64,000 bases of DNA from an uncultured Pseudomonadota bacterium (GCA_963749075.1 CAVVLJ010000020.1:831924-895923), one strand, 5' to 3'; positions 48,957-58,837 are shown, numbered from the stretch's first letter. Translations and numbers: made by a program. Notes: generated from the letters alone by a model not told the origin.

Positions 48957-49708
48957 CGGCGCTGCTCGTCGTCGAGAATCTCGGCAAGCGGTTCGGCGGG
49001 CTGCTCGCGGTGGACGAGCTCAGCTTCGCGATCGAGGAGCACGAGATCCTCGGCCTCATCGGGCCCAACGGCGCCGGCAAGTCGACGCTCTTCAACCTCA
49101 TCAACGGCGTCTTTCCGCCGGACGTGGGGCGCGTCAGATTCCGCGGCAGCGACATCACGGGCCTGGCACCCTATCTCGTCGCGCGCGCCGGGCTCGCGCG
49201 CACGCACCAGATCGTCCAGCCGCTCACCGCCATGACCGTGCTCGAGAACTGCACCGTGGGCGCCTGCTTCGGACGCGAGAACCTGCCCTTGGTACGGGCG
49301 CGCGAGGTCGCGCGCGAGGCGGCGGTGTTCGTCGGCCTCGAGGACCGTCTCCCGACGCTCGCCTCCCAGCTCACCATCGCCGGCAAGAAGCGCCTCGAGC
49401 TCGCCCGCGCGCTGGCGGCGAACCCCGCTCTCCTCCTCCTCGACGAGGTGCTCGCCGGCCTCAACCCGGCGGAGGTCGCGCGCATGATCGAGGTGATCCG
49501 CAGCATCCGCGAGCGCGGCGTCACCATCCTCATCATCGAGCATCTCATGCAGGCGATCATGAGCCTCTCGGACCGCATCATCGTGCTCAACTCCGGCCGC
49601 AAGCTGGCGGAAGGCGCGCCCGTTGCGGTCGCCAACGACCCGCTCGTGATCGAGGCCTATCTCGGCGATCCCAAGCTCGCCGAGGAGCTGCACGGAGGCG
49701 GGGCGTGA
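48953..49708 (+). CDS. Liv-type ABC ATPase (LivG-like)
   Basis: GPNGAGKST, LLLLDEV, IEH, EAYLG. Confidence 0.9.
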   Translation: MTALLVVENLGKRFGGLLAVDELSFAIEEHEILGLIGPNGAGKSTLFNLINGVFPPDVGRVRFRGSDITGLAPYLVARAGLARTHQIVQPLTAMTVLENCTVGACFGRENLPLVRAREVAREAAVFVGLEDRLPTLASQLTIAGKKRLELARALAANPALLLLDEVLAGLNPAEVARMIEVIRSIRERGVTILIIEHLMQAIMSLSDRIIVLNSGRKLAEGAPVAVANDPLVIEAYLGDPKLAEELHGGGA

Positions 49709-50424
49709 GCGGCGAGACGCTCCTCGAGCTCGAGGCGCTCGAGGCGGGCTACGGGGAGGTCCAGATCCTCTGGGGCATCTCGCTTGCCGTCGCCGCCGGC
49801 CGGCTCACCACCATCGTGGGCGCCAACGGCGCCGGCAAGACGACCACGCTCAGGGCGCTCATCGGCAGCATCGCGCCCTGGCGGGGCCGCGTGCTCTTCG
49901 AGGGCGCCGACGTGACGCGCCTTCCGGCCCACGTCAAGGCGGCGCGCGGGCTGGTGTTGGTGCCCGAGGGGCGCCAGCTCTTCGGCGCCATGACCATCGA
50001 GGAGAATCTCGAGATGGGCGCCTTCTCCTCGCGCGCCGCGCGCAATGCAGCAACCCGCCTCGAGGAGGTCTTCACCCTCTTCCCGCGCCTCAAGGAGCGC
50101 CGGCGCCAGAAGGCGGGGACGCTCTCCGGCGGCGAGCAGCAGATGCTGGCGATCGGGCGCGGCCTGATGTCCGACCCCAAGGTGCTCATCATCGACGAGC
50201 TCTCGCTCGGCCTGGCGCCCGTCGTGGTCTACCAGCTCTTCGGCACCCTCAAGGCGCTCAAGGCGAGCGGCCTCACCATTCTCCTCGTCGAGCAGAACGT
50301 CCATCTCGCCTTCGCCATGAGCGACCACGCCTACGTCATCGCCGAGGGGCGCGTCTTCACGGAAGGTCCGCCGTCGGCACTTGCCGCCATGCCGGAGATC
50401 AGGCGGGCCTATCTGGGCCTGTAG
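49705..50424 (+). CDS. Liv-type ABC ATPase (LivF-like)
   Basis: GANGAGKTT, LSGGEQQM, IIDELSLGL. Confidence 0.9.
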   Translation: MSGETLLELEALEAGYGEVQILWGISLAVAAGRLTTIVGANGAGKTTTLRALIGSIAPWRGRVLFEGADVTRLPAHVKAARGLVLVPEGRQLFGAMTIEENLEMGAFSSRAARNAATRLEEVFTLFPRLKERRRQKAGTLSGGEQQMLAIGRGLMSDPKVLIIDELSLGLAPVVVYQLFGTLKALKASGLTILLVEQNVHLAFAMSDHAYVIAEGRVFTEGPPSALAAMPEIRRAYLGL

Positions 50425-50441
50425 AGCCGCCGGGGCGCCGA

Positions 50442-51773
50442 CTACAGGTGCGCGAGCCACAGCACGCCTGCCGCGATCGTCAGCACCGCGAGCGGCGCGC
50501 CGATCTTGAAATGGCTCCAGAAGCCGATCTCCACACCCTCCGCCCGCGCGCGCTCGACGACGATGAGGTTGGCGACCGAGCCGAGGAGGGTAAGATTGCC
50601 CGCAAGCGTGGCGGCCATGGCGACCGCGAGCCAAGCCCGCCCGGGGTCGGGGAGGGAGGCTATGAACGGCTTCAAGGCGAGCACCGCGGGGACGTTGCTC
50701 AGGAGGTTCGAGAGCAGTGCCGTAAGCGTGCTCAAGAGCGGCAGGCGCTCGAGATGGAGCCGCGCCGCGGCGGCGATGGCCTCGGGCGGGAGCACGCTGC
50801 GCTCGAGCCCGGCCACGACCACGAAGAGGCCGCCGAACATCAAAAGGAGCGGCCAGTCGATCTCGGCATAGATCTTCTCCGCCTTGATCCGCCGCGTGAC
50901 GAGGAGAAGGCTGCCGCCCACGATCGCCGCCAGCGCCGGCGGGGCGCCCGCGAAGAAGGCGGCGACCATGGCGAGCAGCACGGTGACGGACTTGAGAATG
51001 AGCGGCTGGTGGGCGCGCGCGGGCTGCGGCTCCTCCATGAGGGTCTCGCGCGTGAAGAATTCGGCGCGATAGGCAAGCGCGATCAGCGCCACCGTGAGGA
51101 CGAGGCCGCCGGCGGCTATGGGCGAGAGCGCCGCCGCGAAGCTGCGGTAGGGGATGTGCGACAGGCTGCCGATGATCATGTTCTGCGGATTGCCCGTGAT
51201 CGTGGCCGTGCTGCCGACGTTCGATGCCATGGCGATCGCCAGGAGATAAGGCTGCGGCTGGCGGCGGAGCCGCGTCACCAGCTCGAGCACGAGCGGGGTG
51301 AGGACGAGGCAGATCGTGTCGTTGACGAGGAACGCCGAGAGCAGGCCTGCGAGGAGCGTTATCGCGCCGAGGAGCACGAGAGGATGGCGCGCCCGCGTCA
51401 CGGCCCAGCCTCCCGCGAGGCGGAAGAATCCCGAGAGGCGCAGGTTGGCGACGACGATCATCATGCCGAGGAGGAGGGCGATCGTGTCGAAGTCGATGGC
51501 GCGATAGGCGTCCTCGAGCGGCAGGATGCCGAGGGCGACCATCAGGCTTGCGCCGACGAGTGCGGCACCTGGCCGGTCGAGCCGGAAGCCGGGCAGGCGT
51601 CCGATGGCGACGACGAGGTAGGTCGCCGAGAAGATGAGAGCCGCGGCCGCCTGCAAGAGCACGCGCGGCAGCGGCATCGTCGCGGCGTAGAGCCCGCCCG
51701 CGAGGAGGACCGCGAGCGCGAGCGCCGCGAGGAGGCGGCGCCAATGGCGCGACTGCTCCGGCTTCGGCGTCAT
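50442..51773 (-). CDS. ArsB/NhaD/CitMHS-type anion permease (YbiR-like)
   Basis: SAFLVNDT, ASNVGS..TITGNPQN, SNLLSNVPA, LAGNLTLLGSVANLIV. Confidence 0.85.
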   Translation of the reverse strand: MTPKPEQSRHWRRLLAALALAVLLAGGLYAATMPLPRVLLQAAAALIFSATYLVVAIGRLPGFRLDRPGAALVGASLMVALGILPLEDAYRAIDFDTIALLLGMMIVVANLRLSGFFRLAGGWAVTRARHPLVLLGAITLLAGLLSAFLVNDTICLVLTPLVLELVTRLRRQPQPYLLAIAMASNVGSTATITGNPQNMIIGSLSHIPYRSFAAALSPIAAGGLVLTVALIALAYRAEFFTRETLMEEPQPARAHQPLILKSVTVLLAMVAAFFAGAPPALAAIVGGSLLLVTRRIKAEKIYAEIDWPLLLMFGGLFVVVAGLERSVLPPEAIAAAARLHLERLPLLSTLTALLSNLLSNVPAVLALKPFIASLPDPGRAWLAVAMAATLAGNLTLLGSVANLIVVERARAEGVEIGFWSHFKIGAPLAVLTIAAGVLWLAHL

Positions 51774-51821
51774 TCCTATCGCTTCACCTCCCGCACACAA
51801 GGGCCGATACTGTCAGCCGTC

Positions 51822-53010
51822 ATGGAGTTGCCGATGCTTCGCATATGTGCCCTCGCCCTTATCGCCCTCCTCGTCGCGCGAGGAGCGCTCGCCGCCGGCG
51901 CCGCAGACGGCGACCCGCGGAGTGCCGAGATCGAAAGTGCGCTCCAGCCGCTCGACGGCTCGCCGCCGGCGCCGCTTGCTGCGCGCATGGTGCGCTATCA
52001 CGTGCCCGGCGTCAGCATCGCCGTGATCGAGCGCGGCCGCATCGCCTGGGCCAAGGGGTACGGCGTGCTGTCGCCGCGCGATCCCCGTCCGGTCGATGCC
52101 GATACCCTCTTCCAGGCGGCCTCGATCAGCAAGCCGGTCGCGGCCGTCATGACGCTCGAGCTGGTGGGCGAAGGCCGTCTCGATCCGGACCGCGACGTGA
52201 ATGCCTATCTCCGCTCCTGGCATCTGCCGCAGAACGGGTTCACGGCGGGGCAGCCGGTGACGCTGCGCCTCCTCATGAGCCACCATGCCGGGCTCACGGT
52301 GCCGGGATTCCTCGGCTACGAGACGGACGAGCGGCTGCCGTCCCTCGTGCAGATCCTCGAGGGCGTGGCGCCCGCGAACTCGCCGCCCGTGCGCGTCGGC
52401 TGGCCTCCGGGCTCGCGCTACGAATATTCGGGCGGCGGCTTCACGGTACTCCAGCTCCTCCTCGCCGAGGCGAGCGGCGAGCCTTTTGCCGCAGCTCGCC
52501 GAGCGCATGGTGCTGCGCCCGCTCGGCATGAGCCGCAGCGGCTTCTTCCAGCCCTTGCCGCCGGAGCTCTGGAGCAATGCGGCATGGGGCCACGACGAGC
52601 ACGCCACGCCGCTCAAGGGCCACTGGCACGTCTTCCCCGAGCTCGCCGCCGCCGGTCTGTGGTCGACGCCCACGGACCTCGCGCGCTTCGAGCTGGCGCT
52701 CCAGAATGCCTGGCTCGGGAAGGGTGCGGACGGGCTCACGACCGAGGTCGCGCGCTCGCTCTTGACGCGCGACAGGGACGGACGGGCGGGGCACGGGCTC
52801 TTCGTCGCAGGCGAGGGGAGCGATCTCCATTTCTACCAGGCGGGCGACAACGTGGGCTACAAGGACCTTCTCGTGGGCTACGCGGACGGCAGGGGTGGTG
52901 CGGTGGTGATGACCAACGGCGAAGCCGGCCAGGCGCTTCTCGCCGAGATCGCCAACCGCATCGCCCTCGTTTACGGCTGGCCCGACTTCGAGCACATCCG
53001 CGCCGAGTGA
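51822..53010 (+). CDS. Serine hydrolase, beta-lactamase/AmpC-like family; +1 frameshift near 52488
   Basis: Signal peptide, SxxK (ASISK), LLMSHHAG, YSGGG. ASGEPF joins PQLAERMVLRPLGM..AAAGLWSTPTDLARF after removing one base. Confidence 0.82.
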
Positions 53011-53022
53011 GCCTCAAGGCGC

Positions 53023-53958
53023 TCAGGCGCTCTCGAGGCCGTCGCTCACCGCCACGCCCTCGGGTGCCAAGGCGAGCCCCGCCCCCTTGGCCTCGAGTGC
53101 CAGGAGGGCGGCGAAGTCGCGGTCGGCGTGACCGTTGCCGATGAGGCTCTGCAGGAGCTCGCGCACCGTGGCGGCGAGCAGCATGGGCACCTCGAACTTG
53201 CGCGCGGCGGCGAGCCCGAGGTCGAGGTCCTTGCGCAGCAGCACCGGCGTGAAGGTCGGCGTGAAGTCGAGCTTGACGAAGGCCGGCGTCTTGTAGCGCG
53301 TGAAGACGGAGCCCAGCACGCTATTGTTGATGAAGTCGAGGAAGGCGTGGCGCGGCACGCCGGCCTTCTCGGCCAGCACGGTGACCTCGGCGAGCGACTG
53401 GGTGACGACGCCGAGCAGCACGTTGTGGCAGATCTTGACGATGCGCGCGCGCTCGCCCTCGCCGACGTAGCTCACGCCCCGGCCCAGGCTCGCGAGATAG
53501 GGCTCCGCCTCCTCGTAAGCCGCGCGCGGACCCGAGACGACGACGCTGAGGCCGCCGGCCTTGACCACCTTGCCGTTGCCGCTCACGGGTGCCGCGAGGA
53601 AGGCGGCACCCGCGGCTGAAGCGGCCTCGCGCCCTGCCGCCGACGCCTCCTCGCTGACCGTCGAGCAGTCGATGACGATGCGCGGCGCCTTGCCCTTCTT
53701 CGAGAGCAGGCCCTTGGGCCCGGAGAGCACCTCGAGGAGGTCGCTCGAGCTCGTCACCATGGTGAAGACGATGTCGCACTGGGCGAGCTCGGCGGGTGCC
53801 TCGACGATGCGCGCCCCGAGTGCTGCGAGCGGCTCGGCCTTGCTGCGCGTGCGGTTGTAGGCCGCAAGCTCCGAGCCTGCCTTCAGGAGCCGCGCCGCCA
53901 TGGGAAACCCCATGTGCCCGAGCCCGATCCAGCCGAGCTTGTGCTTCTTGTCCGTCAT
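53023..53958 (-). CDS. NAD(P)-dependent beta-hydroxyacid dehydrogenase (3-hydroxyisobutyrate DH family)
   Basis: GWIGLGHMG, AAPVSG, catalytic K in VKICHN, KDLDL. Confidence 0.9.
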   Translation of the reverse strand: MTDKKHKLGWIGLGHMGFPMAARLLKAGSELAAYNRTRSKAEPLAALGARIVEAPAELAQCDIVFTMVTSSSDLLEVLSGPKGLLSKKGKAPRIVIDCSTVSEEASAAGREAASAAGAAFLAAPVSGNGKVVKAGGLSVVVSGPRAAYEEAEPYLASLGRGVSYVGEGERARIVKICHNVLLGVVTQSLAEVTVLAEKAGVPRHAFLDFINNSVLGSVFTRYKTPAFVKLDFTPTFTPVLLRKDLDLGLAAARKFEVPMLLAATVRELLQSLIGNGHADRDFAALLALEAKGAGLALAPEGVAVSDGLESA

Positions 53959-54000
53959 GTCGTCGTTCTCCTCGCTTGGTGCTTGAACCGCGGCCTCCTC

Positions 54001-54081
54001 GCCCTGACCCTCTCCTCCTAAAGGAGGAGAGGGAACTCGAACCCCCTCTCCCTCTGAAGAGGGAGAGGGTCGGGGTGAGGG
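54001..54081. repeat. REP-like hairpin pair (CCCTCTCCC..GGGAGAGGG family)
   Basis: CCCTCTCCTCCT-AA-AGGAGGAGAGGG and CCCTCTCCCTCTGAAGAGGGAGAGGG, with flanking CCCTGACCC / GGGGTGAGGG. Confidence 0.75.
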
Positions 54082-54096
54082 TGCGGCAGGCGCCCC

Positions 54097-55398
54097 TCAA
54101 TAGCGGTTGGCGATCGGCAGCTCCTCGGCCGGGTAGAGGGTGATGACCTTGCAGCCTCTGTCGGTGACGACGATCTCCTCCTCGATGCGCGCCGCGGAGA
54201 TGCCGTCCGTGGCCGGGCAATAGGTCTCGAGCGCGAACACCATGCCCGTCTTGATCTCGACCGGATCCTCGAAGGAGTTGAGCCGGCTGATGATCGGCCG
54301 CTCGTGGAGGCCCAGGCCGAGGCCATGGCCGAACTCGAGGCCGAAGGCCTCCATCTCGCCGTCGAAGCCGATCTCCTCGGCCTTGGGCCAGGAGGCCGCC
54401 ACCTCGTCCGAGCGCACGCCGGGCCTGATCATGGCGATGGCGCGGTCGATCCACTCCCGCGCGCGCTTATAGGCGTCGCCTTGCGCCGGCGTGGCGCGGC
54501 CCACGTTGAAGGTGCGGTAGTAGCAGGTGCGGTAGCCCATGTAGGACTGGATGATGTCGAAGAAGGCCTGGTCGCCCGGGCGCAGCAGGCGGTCGGTGAA
54601 GTTGTGCGGATGGGGCGAGCAGCGCTCGCCGGAGATGGCGTTGATCGCCTCGACGCAGTCCGAGCCCTTCTCGTAGAGGTCGTGGTTGGCGAGCGCCACG
54701 ATCTGGCTCTCGCGCACGCCCGGCTTGAGCGCCTCGGCGATCTTCTGGTAGGTGCCGTCGACCATCGCGGCCGAGATGTTGAGCAGCATGAGCTCGTCGC
54801 GGCTCTTGATCTCGCGCGCGTCGAGCATGAGCTGCTGGCCGTCGCGCACCGTGATGCCGAGGCGCTCGAGCTCGAAGATCATGGGGAGCTCCGCCATGTC
54901 CATGCCGAGCGGCATCTTGGCGACGCCCTCCTCCTCGAGGATGGCCTTGATCTCCTCGGCGGCGCGCTTGAAGAGGCCGACCTTGGGATGCACGGCGCCG
55001 CGCAGGCCCGTGAGGCCGGCGCGGCAATGGTCGTGATGGAGCCAGGGTGCGAAGAGGCGGTGGTGCTTCGCCGCCGAGCCGAAGTCCCACACATAGGGGT
55101 CGCCGTTGCCGCTGAGCAAGCAGTAGCGCAGCAGCTTGTCGCGCGCCCACTCGCCGATCACCGTCGAGGAGATGTAGCGGATGTTGTGCTGGTCGAAGGC
55201 GAGGATGGCGCCGAGCCCCGACTTGGCGAGTGCCGCCCGCGTGCGCGCGAGGCGGTAGTCGTGGAGGCGGCGGAAATCGACGCGCTCCTCGAAGTCGACG
55301 GTGAGCTGGCCGGGTGCCGAGAGCGGCCGGCTCCAGTCGTGGCGCGGATCGATGTCGTGCGGCTTGACGAGCTTGGGCTCGCGGCTCTTCTTCGCCAT
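54097..55398 (-). CDS. M24 (Xaa-Pro peptidase/creatinase/DddP fold) family protein
   Basis: Creatinase-like N-terminal domain; FFDII..GYRTCYYRT, GHGLGLGLHERP, FALETY, ARIEEE. Confidence 0.85.
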   Translation of the reverse strand: MAKKSREPKLVKPHDIDPRHDWSRPLSAPGQLTVDFEERVDFRRLHDYRLARTRAALAKSGLGAILAFDQHNIRYISSTVIGEWARDKLLRYCLLSGNGDPYVWDFGSAAKHHRLFAPWLHHDHCRAGLTGLRGAVHPKVGLFKRAAEEIKAILEEEGVAKMPLGMDMAELPMIFELERLGITVRDGQQLMLDAREIKSRDELMLLNISAAMVDGTYQKIAEALKPGVRESQIVALANHDLYEKGSDCVEAINAISGERCSPHPHNFTDRLLRPGDQAFFDIIQSYMGYRTCYYRTFNVGRATPAQGDAYKRAREWIDRAIAMIRPGVRSDEVAASWPKAEEIGFDGEMEAFGLEFGHGLGLGLHERPIISRLNSFEDPVEIKTGMVFALETYCPATDGISAARIEEEIVVTDRGCKVITLYPAEELPIANRY

Positions 55399-55430
55399 GT
55401 CCTTGTCCTTTCGTTGCTGCGCGCGGGCGC

Positions 55431-56504
55431 CTACTCGGCGGCGCGGGCGAGCCCGGCCGCCTGCGGCATGACCTCGCGGGCGAAGAGTCTCAACGAGCGC
55501 TTGGCGTCCTCGAGGGGGATGGTGTTGAAATTGACCTGCATGGAGGCGACCTCGAAGCCGCCGACGAGCGCCTGATAGGCGCGGATCTGGCCCACGATGC
55601 GCTCGGGCGTGCCGATCCACGCCGCCCCCTTCTCGACCTGGCTCTCGAAGCTCTCCTTGGCGAGGGCGGCTATGATCTTGTCGTAGTTGGGGTAGTCCTT
55701 GGAATTGAGGCCCTCGGTCCAGTCCGAAGCGGCGGCGACCAGCGTAGCCAAGTAGCGGTTGAGCGGCTCGCGCGCCACTCGTGCCGCCTCGGCGTCGCTC
55801 TCGGCGCAGAACATGTGGAAGGCGAGCATGACGCGCCCGCGGCCGGGATGGCCCCCCTTGCGCCAGGCCTCGCGGTAGAGGGCGATGAGCTCCTTCATCA
55901 TGCCGCCCGCCATGGGGATGGCCATGATGGCGTGGCCGGCGGCACCGGCTCCCGCGAAGCTCTCCGGGCTCGCGAGTGCCGCCACCCAGAAGGGCGGGCG
56001 CGGCACTTGCGTCGGGCGCGGCAGCGAGGTCACGTTGCGGAAGCCGTGGAAGCGGCCCTCGCAGGTGACGTTCTCCTCCTCGAGGAGACGGCGGACCTGC
56101 TCCACCCCCTCCTCGAAGCGGGCGCGGCTCTCGTTGACCGAGACCTTGAAGTGCCCGAACTCGTGGGGGAGAAAGGCGCGCGCGAAGCCGACCTCGAGAC
56201 GGCCGCCCGAGATGGCGTCGAGCATGCCGATCTCGCCCGCCAGCTTGAGCGGGTGATTGAAGATCGGCAGCACGGCGCCGGTGATGAGCCGGGCGTTCCG
56301 CGTGCGCATGGCGGCGGCGGCGAGGAAGAGAAGCGGGTTCGGGCTGTAGCCGCCGTAGGCGTGGAAGTAATGCTCGACCGTGCGCACGTGGGCGAGGCCG
56401 AGCTCATCTGAGAGATCGACGAGCTCGAGCGCCTCCCGCCAATAGTCGGCGCCCGACTTCTCGGCCGGACCCACGTCCGGGAAGAACTGGATGCCGAACT
56501 CCAT
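55431..56504 (-). CDS. LLM-class flavin-dependent oxidoreductase
   Basis: MEFGIQFF, VEHYFH, HPLKLAGEIGMLDAISGGRLEVGFAR. Confidence 0.9.
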   Translation of the reverse strand: MEFGIQFFPDVGPAEKSGADYWREALELVDLSDELGLAHVRTVEHYFHAYGGYSPNPLLFLAAAAMRTRNARLITGAVLPIFNHPLKLAGEIGMLDAISGGRLEVGFARAFLPHEFGHFKVSVNESRARFEEGVEQVRRLLEEENVTCEGRFHGFRNVTSLPRPTQVPRPPFWVAALASPESFAGAGAAGHAIMAIPMAGGMMKELIALYREAWRKGGHPGRGRVMLAFHMFCAESDAEAARVAREPLNRYLATLVAAASDWTEGLNSKDYPNYDKIIAALAKESFESQVEKGAAWIGTPERIVGQIRAYQALVGGFEVASMQVNFNTIPLEDAKRSLRLFAREVMPQAAGLARAAE

Positions 56505-56591
56505 GCGCGCCTGCTCCCGACCGGCTTCTCGTTGCCCGCCGAGCTTAGCGGTGCCGAGGGGCGTCGTCGAGCGGCGGTGGACCGCCGCGGT

Positions 56592-56685
56592 CACCCCCTC
56601 ACCCAGCTCCGGCTAAGCTCGGCTTCGCCTCGCTAAGCCTGCGCAACCCTCTCCCCCTTCAGGGGGAGAGGGCAGGGTGAGGGGG
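56592..56685. repeat. REP-like element (CCCCTCACCC..CCCTCTCCCC..GGGGAGAGGG..GGGTGAGGGG)
   Basis: Terminal inverted arms CCCCCTCACCC / GGGTGAGGGGG with nested hairpins. Confidence 0.7.
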
Positions 56686-56718
56686 CGGGAAAGGGCAGGG
56701 TGGGGGCCGGAGAGGGCT

Positions 56719-57432
56719 CTAACGCTCGAGCGCGATGCGCACGCGGCGGTTATGGCGGCCCTTGTTGTCGATCTTGAGGATGCGCAAGGGCGGCGAGCTG
56801 CCGGTCGAGGCGAGGTGGGTGCCGCCGCAGGCCTGGCGGTCGAGGCCGATGATCTCGACGATGCGGATGCGGCCGTCGGGCGTCGGCGGGGGTGCCACGG
56901 AGCGGCTGCGGATGAGGCCGTGCTGAGCCTCGGCCTCGGCGAGGGGGACATAGTCGAAGCGCAAACCCACGTCTTGGGCGATCACCTCGTTGATCGGCGC
57001 CTCGAGCGCGCGGATGCGCTCGTTGTCGGCGCCCGGCAGGTCGAAATCCATGCGCGCGCTGCCGTCCTCGTACATCTGCACGCCGGTGACCAGCGCCCCG
57101 TCGAAGGCCTGGAAGATGAGGGCGTTGAGGATGTGGGTGCCGGTGTGGAGCTGGCGCATGGTACGGCGGAAGTCCGCGTCGACCGCGGCCTCGACGGACC
57201 CTGAGGGTACCTCGGCCGTCTCGATGAGGTGCCAGAGCCTGCCGCCGGCGTGCTCGAAGCCGGTGACCGCGGCCTCTCCTCCCGGCCAGCGCAAGACCCC
57301 GCGGTCGGGCGGCTGGCCGCCGCCGCCCGGGTAGAAGGGCGTCTCCGCGAGGGCGACGGCACCCGGCCGCGCGTCCGCCACCTCGCTTTCGAGCCGAAGC
57401 GTATCGGGATGATCGTGGCAGAAAAGATGCAT
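56719..57432 (-). CDS. alaX: Alanyl-tRNA editing protein AlaX-M
   Basis: TPFYPGGGGQPPD N-terminal domain; Zn motifs HTGTH and CGGTH; 237 aa. Confidence 0.9.
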   Translation of the reverse strand: MHLFCHDHPDTLRLESEVADARPGAVALAETPFYPGGGGQPPDRGVLRWPGGEAAVTGFEHAGGRLWHLIETAEVPSGSVEAAVDADFRRTMRQLHTGTHILNALIFQAFDGALVTGVQMYEDGSARMDFDLPGADNERIRALEAPINEVIAQDVGLRFDYVPLAEAEAQHGLIRSRSVAPPPTPDGRIRIVEIIGLDRQACGGTHLASTGSSPPLRILKIDNKGRHNRRVRIALER

Positions 57433-57460
57433 GGCCTCCGCGTCCTCGGAAAGGCGGAAC

Positions 57461-58345
57461 TTACGCCGCCGCCCCGCCGCCGTATTGGCGGAAATTGCGC
57501 GAGGGGGCGGCAGCGCCGCCGCGCGCCGCGCGGGCGAACTGCAGCGGCGTGATGCCGTAGCAGCGCTTGAAATGGCGGTTCAAGGCGCTCTGGTCGTAGA
57601 AGCCCGCGGCGGCGGCCACCTCGGCAAGCGGCACCTCGCGGCGCAGGTAGCGGCAGGCGAGGTTGAGCCGAACTTGCGTCAGATAGGCATGGGGCGTGAG
57701 GCCCGTCGTCCGCTTGAAGAGGCCGATGAGCTGGAAGATGGAAAGCCCGGCGGCGTCCGCGACCGCGTCCAAACGCAGGCTCTCGCCGTGCTGCGCGCGC
57801 ATGAGTGCTACGGCGGCCTCGAGCCGCGCGCGGTCGTGCGGACCGGGTGCGATGCGCCCGCCGCCGCTGCCGTGGCGGCGGAAGAGGCAGCCCATGGCGC
57901 CGATGAGGAGCTCGCGCTCGCGGAAGGGGTCGCGGCCGTCCTCGAGCGCCTGATGGAGGGCCAAGAAGCCCTCGATGAGATCGCGGTCGGCGAAGCAGTT
58001 CTCCGTGAAGTAGGGCACGCGCTCGACGGCGAGGCCGCGCGCCACCTCGTCGATGGCGGCCTGCGTGAGATAGAGCGCGCGGTAGCGCCAGCGCTCGCTC
58101 CGGCCCATCCAGCCGGCATGCGGCTCGGCCGGGTTGAAGACGAAGAGGCTCGAGGTGCCGGCCTCCTCGACGCGGCCGCGGCTCTTGATGACGGAGCCGC
58201 CCGCCTCGGTGACGGCGACGACGAAGGCCTCGTGGCTGTGCGGCGGATATTCGTGGGTGGTGAAATCGGCGCTGAGCAAGCTGAGGCCGGGGACACTCCG
58301 GTCCCACCAGTAGCGCGAGCGGTTGCTGCGGTCGATGCGGGCCAC
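57461..58345 (-). CDS. AraC family transcriptional regulator (cupin sensor domain)
   Basis: YPPHSHE..NPAEPH; C-terminal FKRTTGLTPHAY..GFYDQSALNRHFKRCYGITP. Confidence 0.92.
   Translation of the reverse strand: MARIDRSNRSRYWWDRSVPGLSLLSADFTTHEYPPHSHEAFVVAVTEAGGSVIKSRGRVEEAGTSSLFVFNPAEPHAGWMGRSERWRYRALYLTQAAIDEVARGLAVERVPYFTENCFADRDLIEGFLALHQALEDGRDPFRERELLIGAMGCLFRRHGSGGGRIAPGPHDRARLEAAVALMRAQHGESLRLDAVADAAGLSIFQLIGLFKRTTGLTPHAYLTQVRLNLACRYLRREVPLAEVAAAAGFYDQSALNRHFKRCYGITPLQFARAARGGAAAPSRNFRQYGGGAAA
57481..57498 (-). promoter_or_regulatory. Putative AraC box upstream of alaX
   Basis: GCAATTTCCGCCAATACG on the minus strand; 16/18 identical to 58349-58366. Confidence 0.6.
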
Positions 58346-58348
58346 GCG

Positions 58349-58366
58349 GCAATTTTAGCCAATACG
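58349..58366 (+). promoter_or_regulatory. Putative AraC box beside the araC start, oriented toward the ABM gene
   Basis: GCAATTTTAGCCAATACG. Confidence 0.6.
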
Positions 58367-58418
58367 CCTGGGCCGCGTCCACGCATCATCCGGCAAAGCC
58401 ATGGCGGTGCCCACTCCA

Positions 58419-58465
58419 CCCCCCACCCTACCCTCCCCCCTTGAGGGGGAGGGTAGGGTGGGGGG
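58419..58465. repeat. 21-bp-stem REP-like hairpin
   Basis: CCCCCCACCCTACCCTCCCCC-CTTGA-GGGGGAGGGTAGGGTGGGGGG. Confidence 0.8.
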
Positions 58466-58506
58466 GTGCGGCGCATTGCTCATCTTTGCAAGAGGAGTGC
58501 TTACGC

Positions 58507-58833
58507 ATGATCGTTCGCATGTGGCGCGGGACGGCGAAGGGTGCCAACGCCGAGGCCTATGCCCGCCACGTCACGGGCACCGTGTTCCCCTCGCTCGGCG
58601 CCATCGCCGGCCACAAAGGCGCCTATCTCCTCAAGCGCGAGACCGCGGCGGGAACCGAGTTCCTTGCGGTGACACTCTGGGACTCGCTCGCGGCGGTCAG
58701 GGCCTTCGCGGGCGAGGACGCCGAGCGGGCGGTGGTCGAGCCCAGGGCGCGCGCGGTGCTCGCCGAGTTCGACGATTTCGTGCGCCACTACGAGCTGGCG
58801 TGGGGAGCGGGCTGCGGCACCGGCGAGAGCTGA
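58507..58833 (+). CDS. Antibiotic biosynthesis monooxygenase (ABM)-like dimeric alpha-beta barrel protein
   Basis: MIVRMWRG..Y..GHKGAYLL..EFLAVTLWDSL.AVRAFAG..HYE; AGGAG RBS. Confidence 0.8.
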   Translation: MIVRMWRGTAKGANAEAYARHVTGTVFPSLGAIAGHKGAYLLKRETAAGTEFLAVTLWDSLAAVRAFAGEDAERAVVEPRARAVLAEFDDFVRHYELAWGAGCGTGES

Positions 58834-58837
58834 GCGC

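Noticed and set aside
50448-53144. 898-aa ORF as a large fusion protein
   Set aside because: The first part is antisense to the anion permease; only 51822 to about 52487 is the real serine hydrolase N-terminal half.
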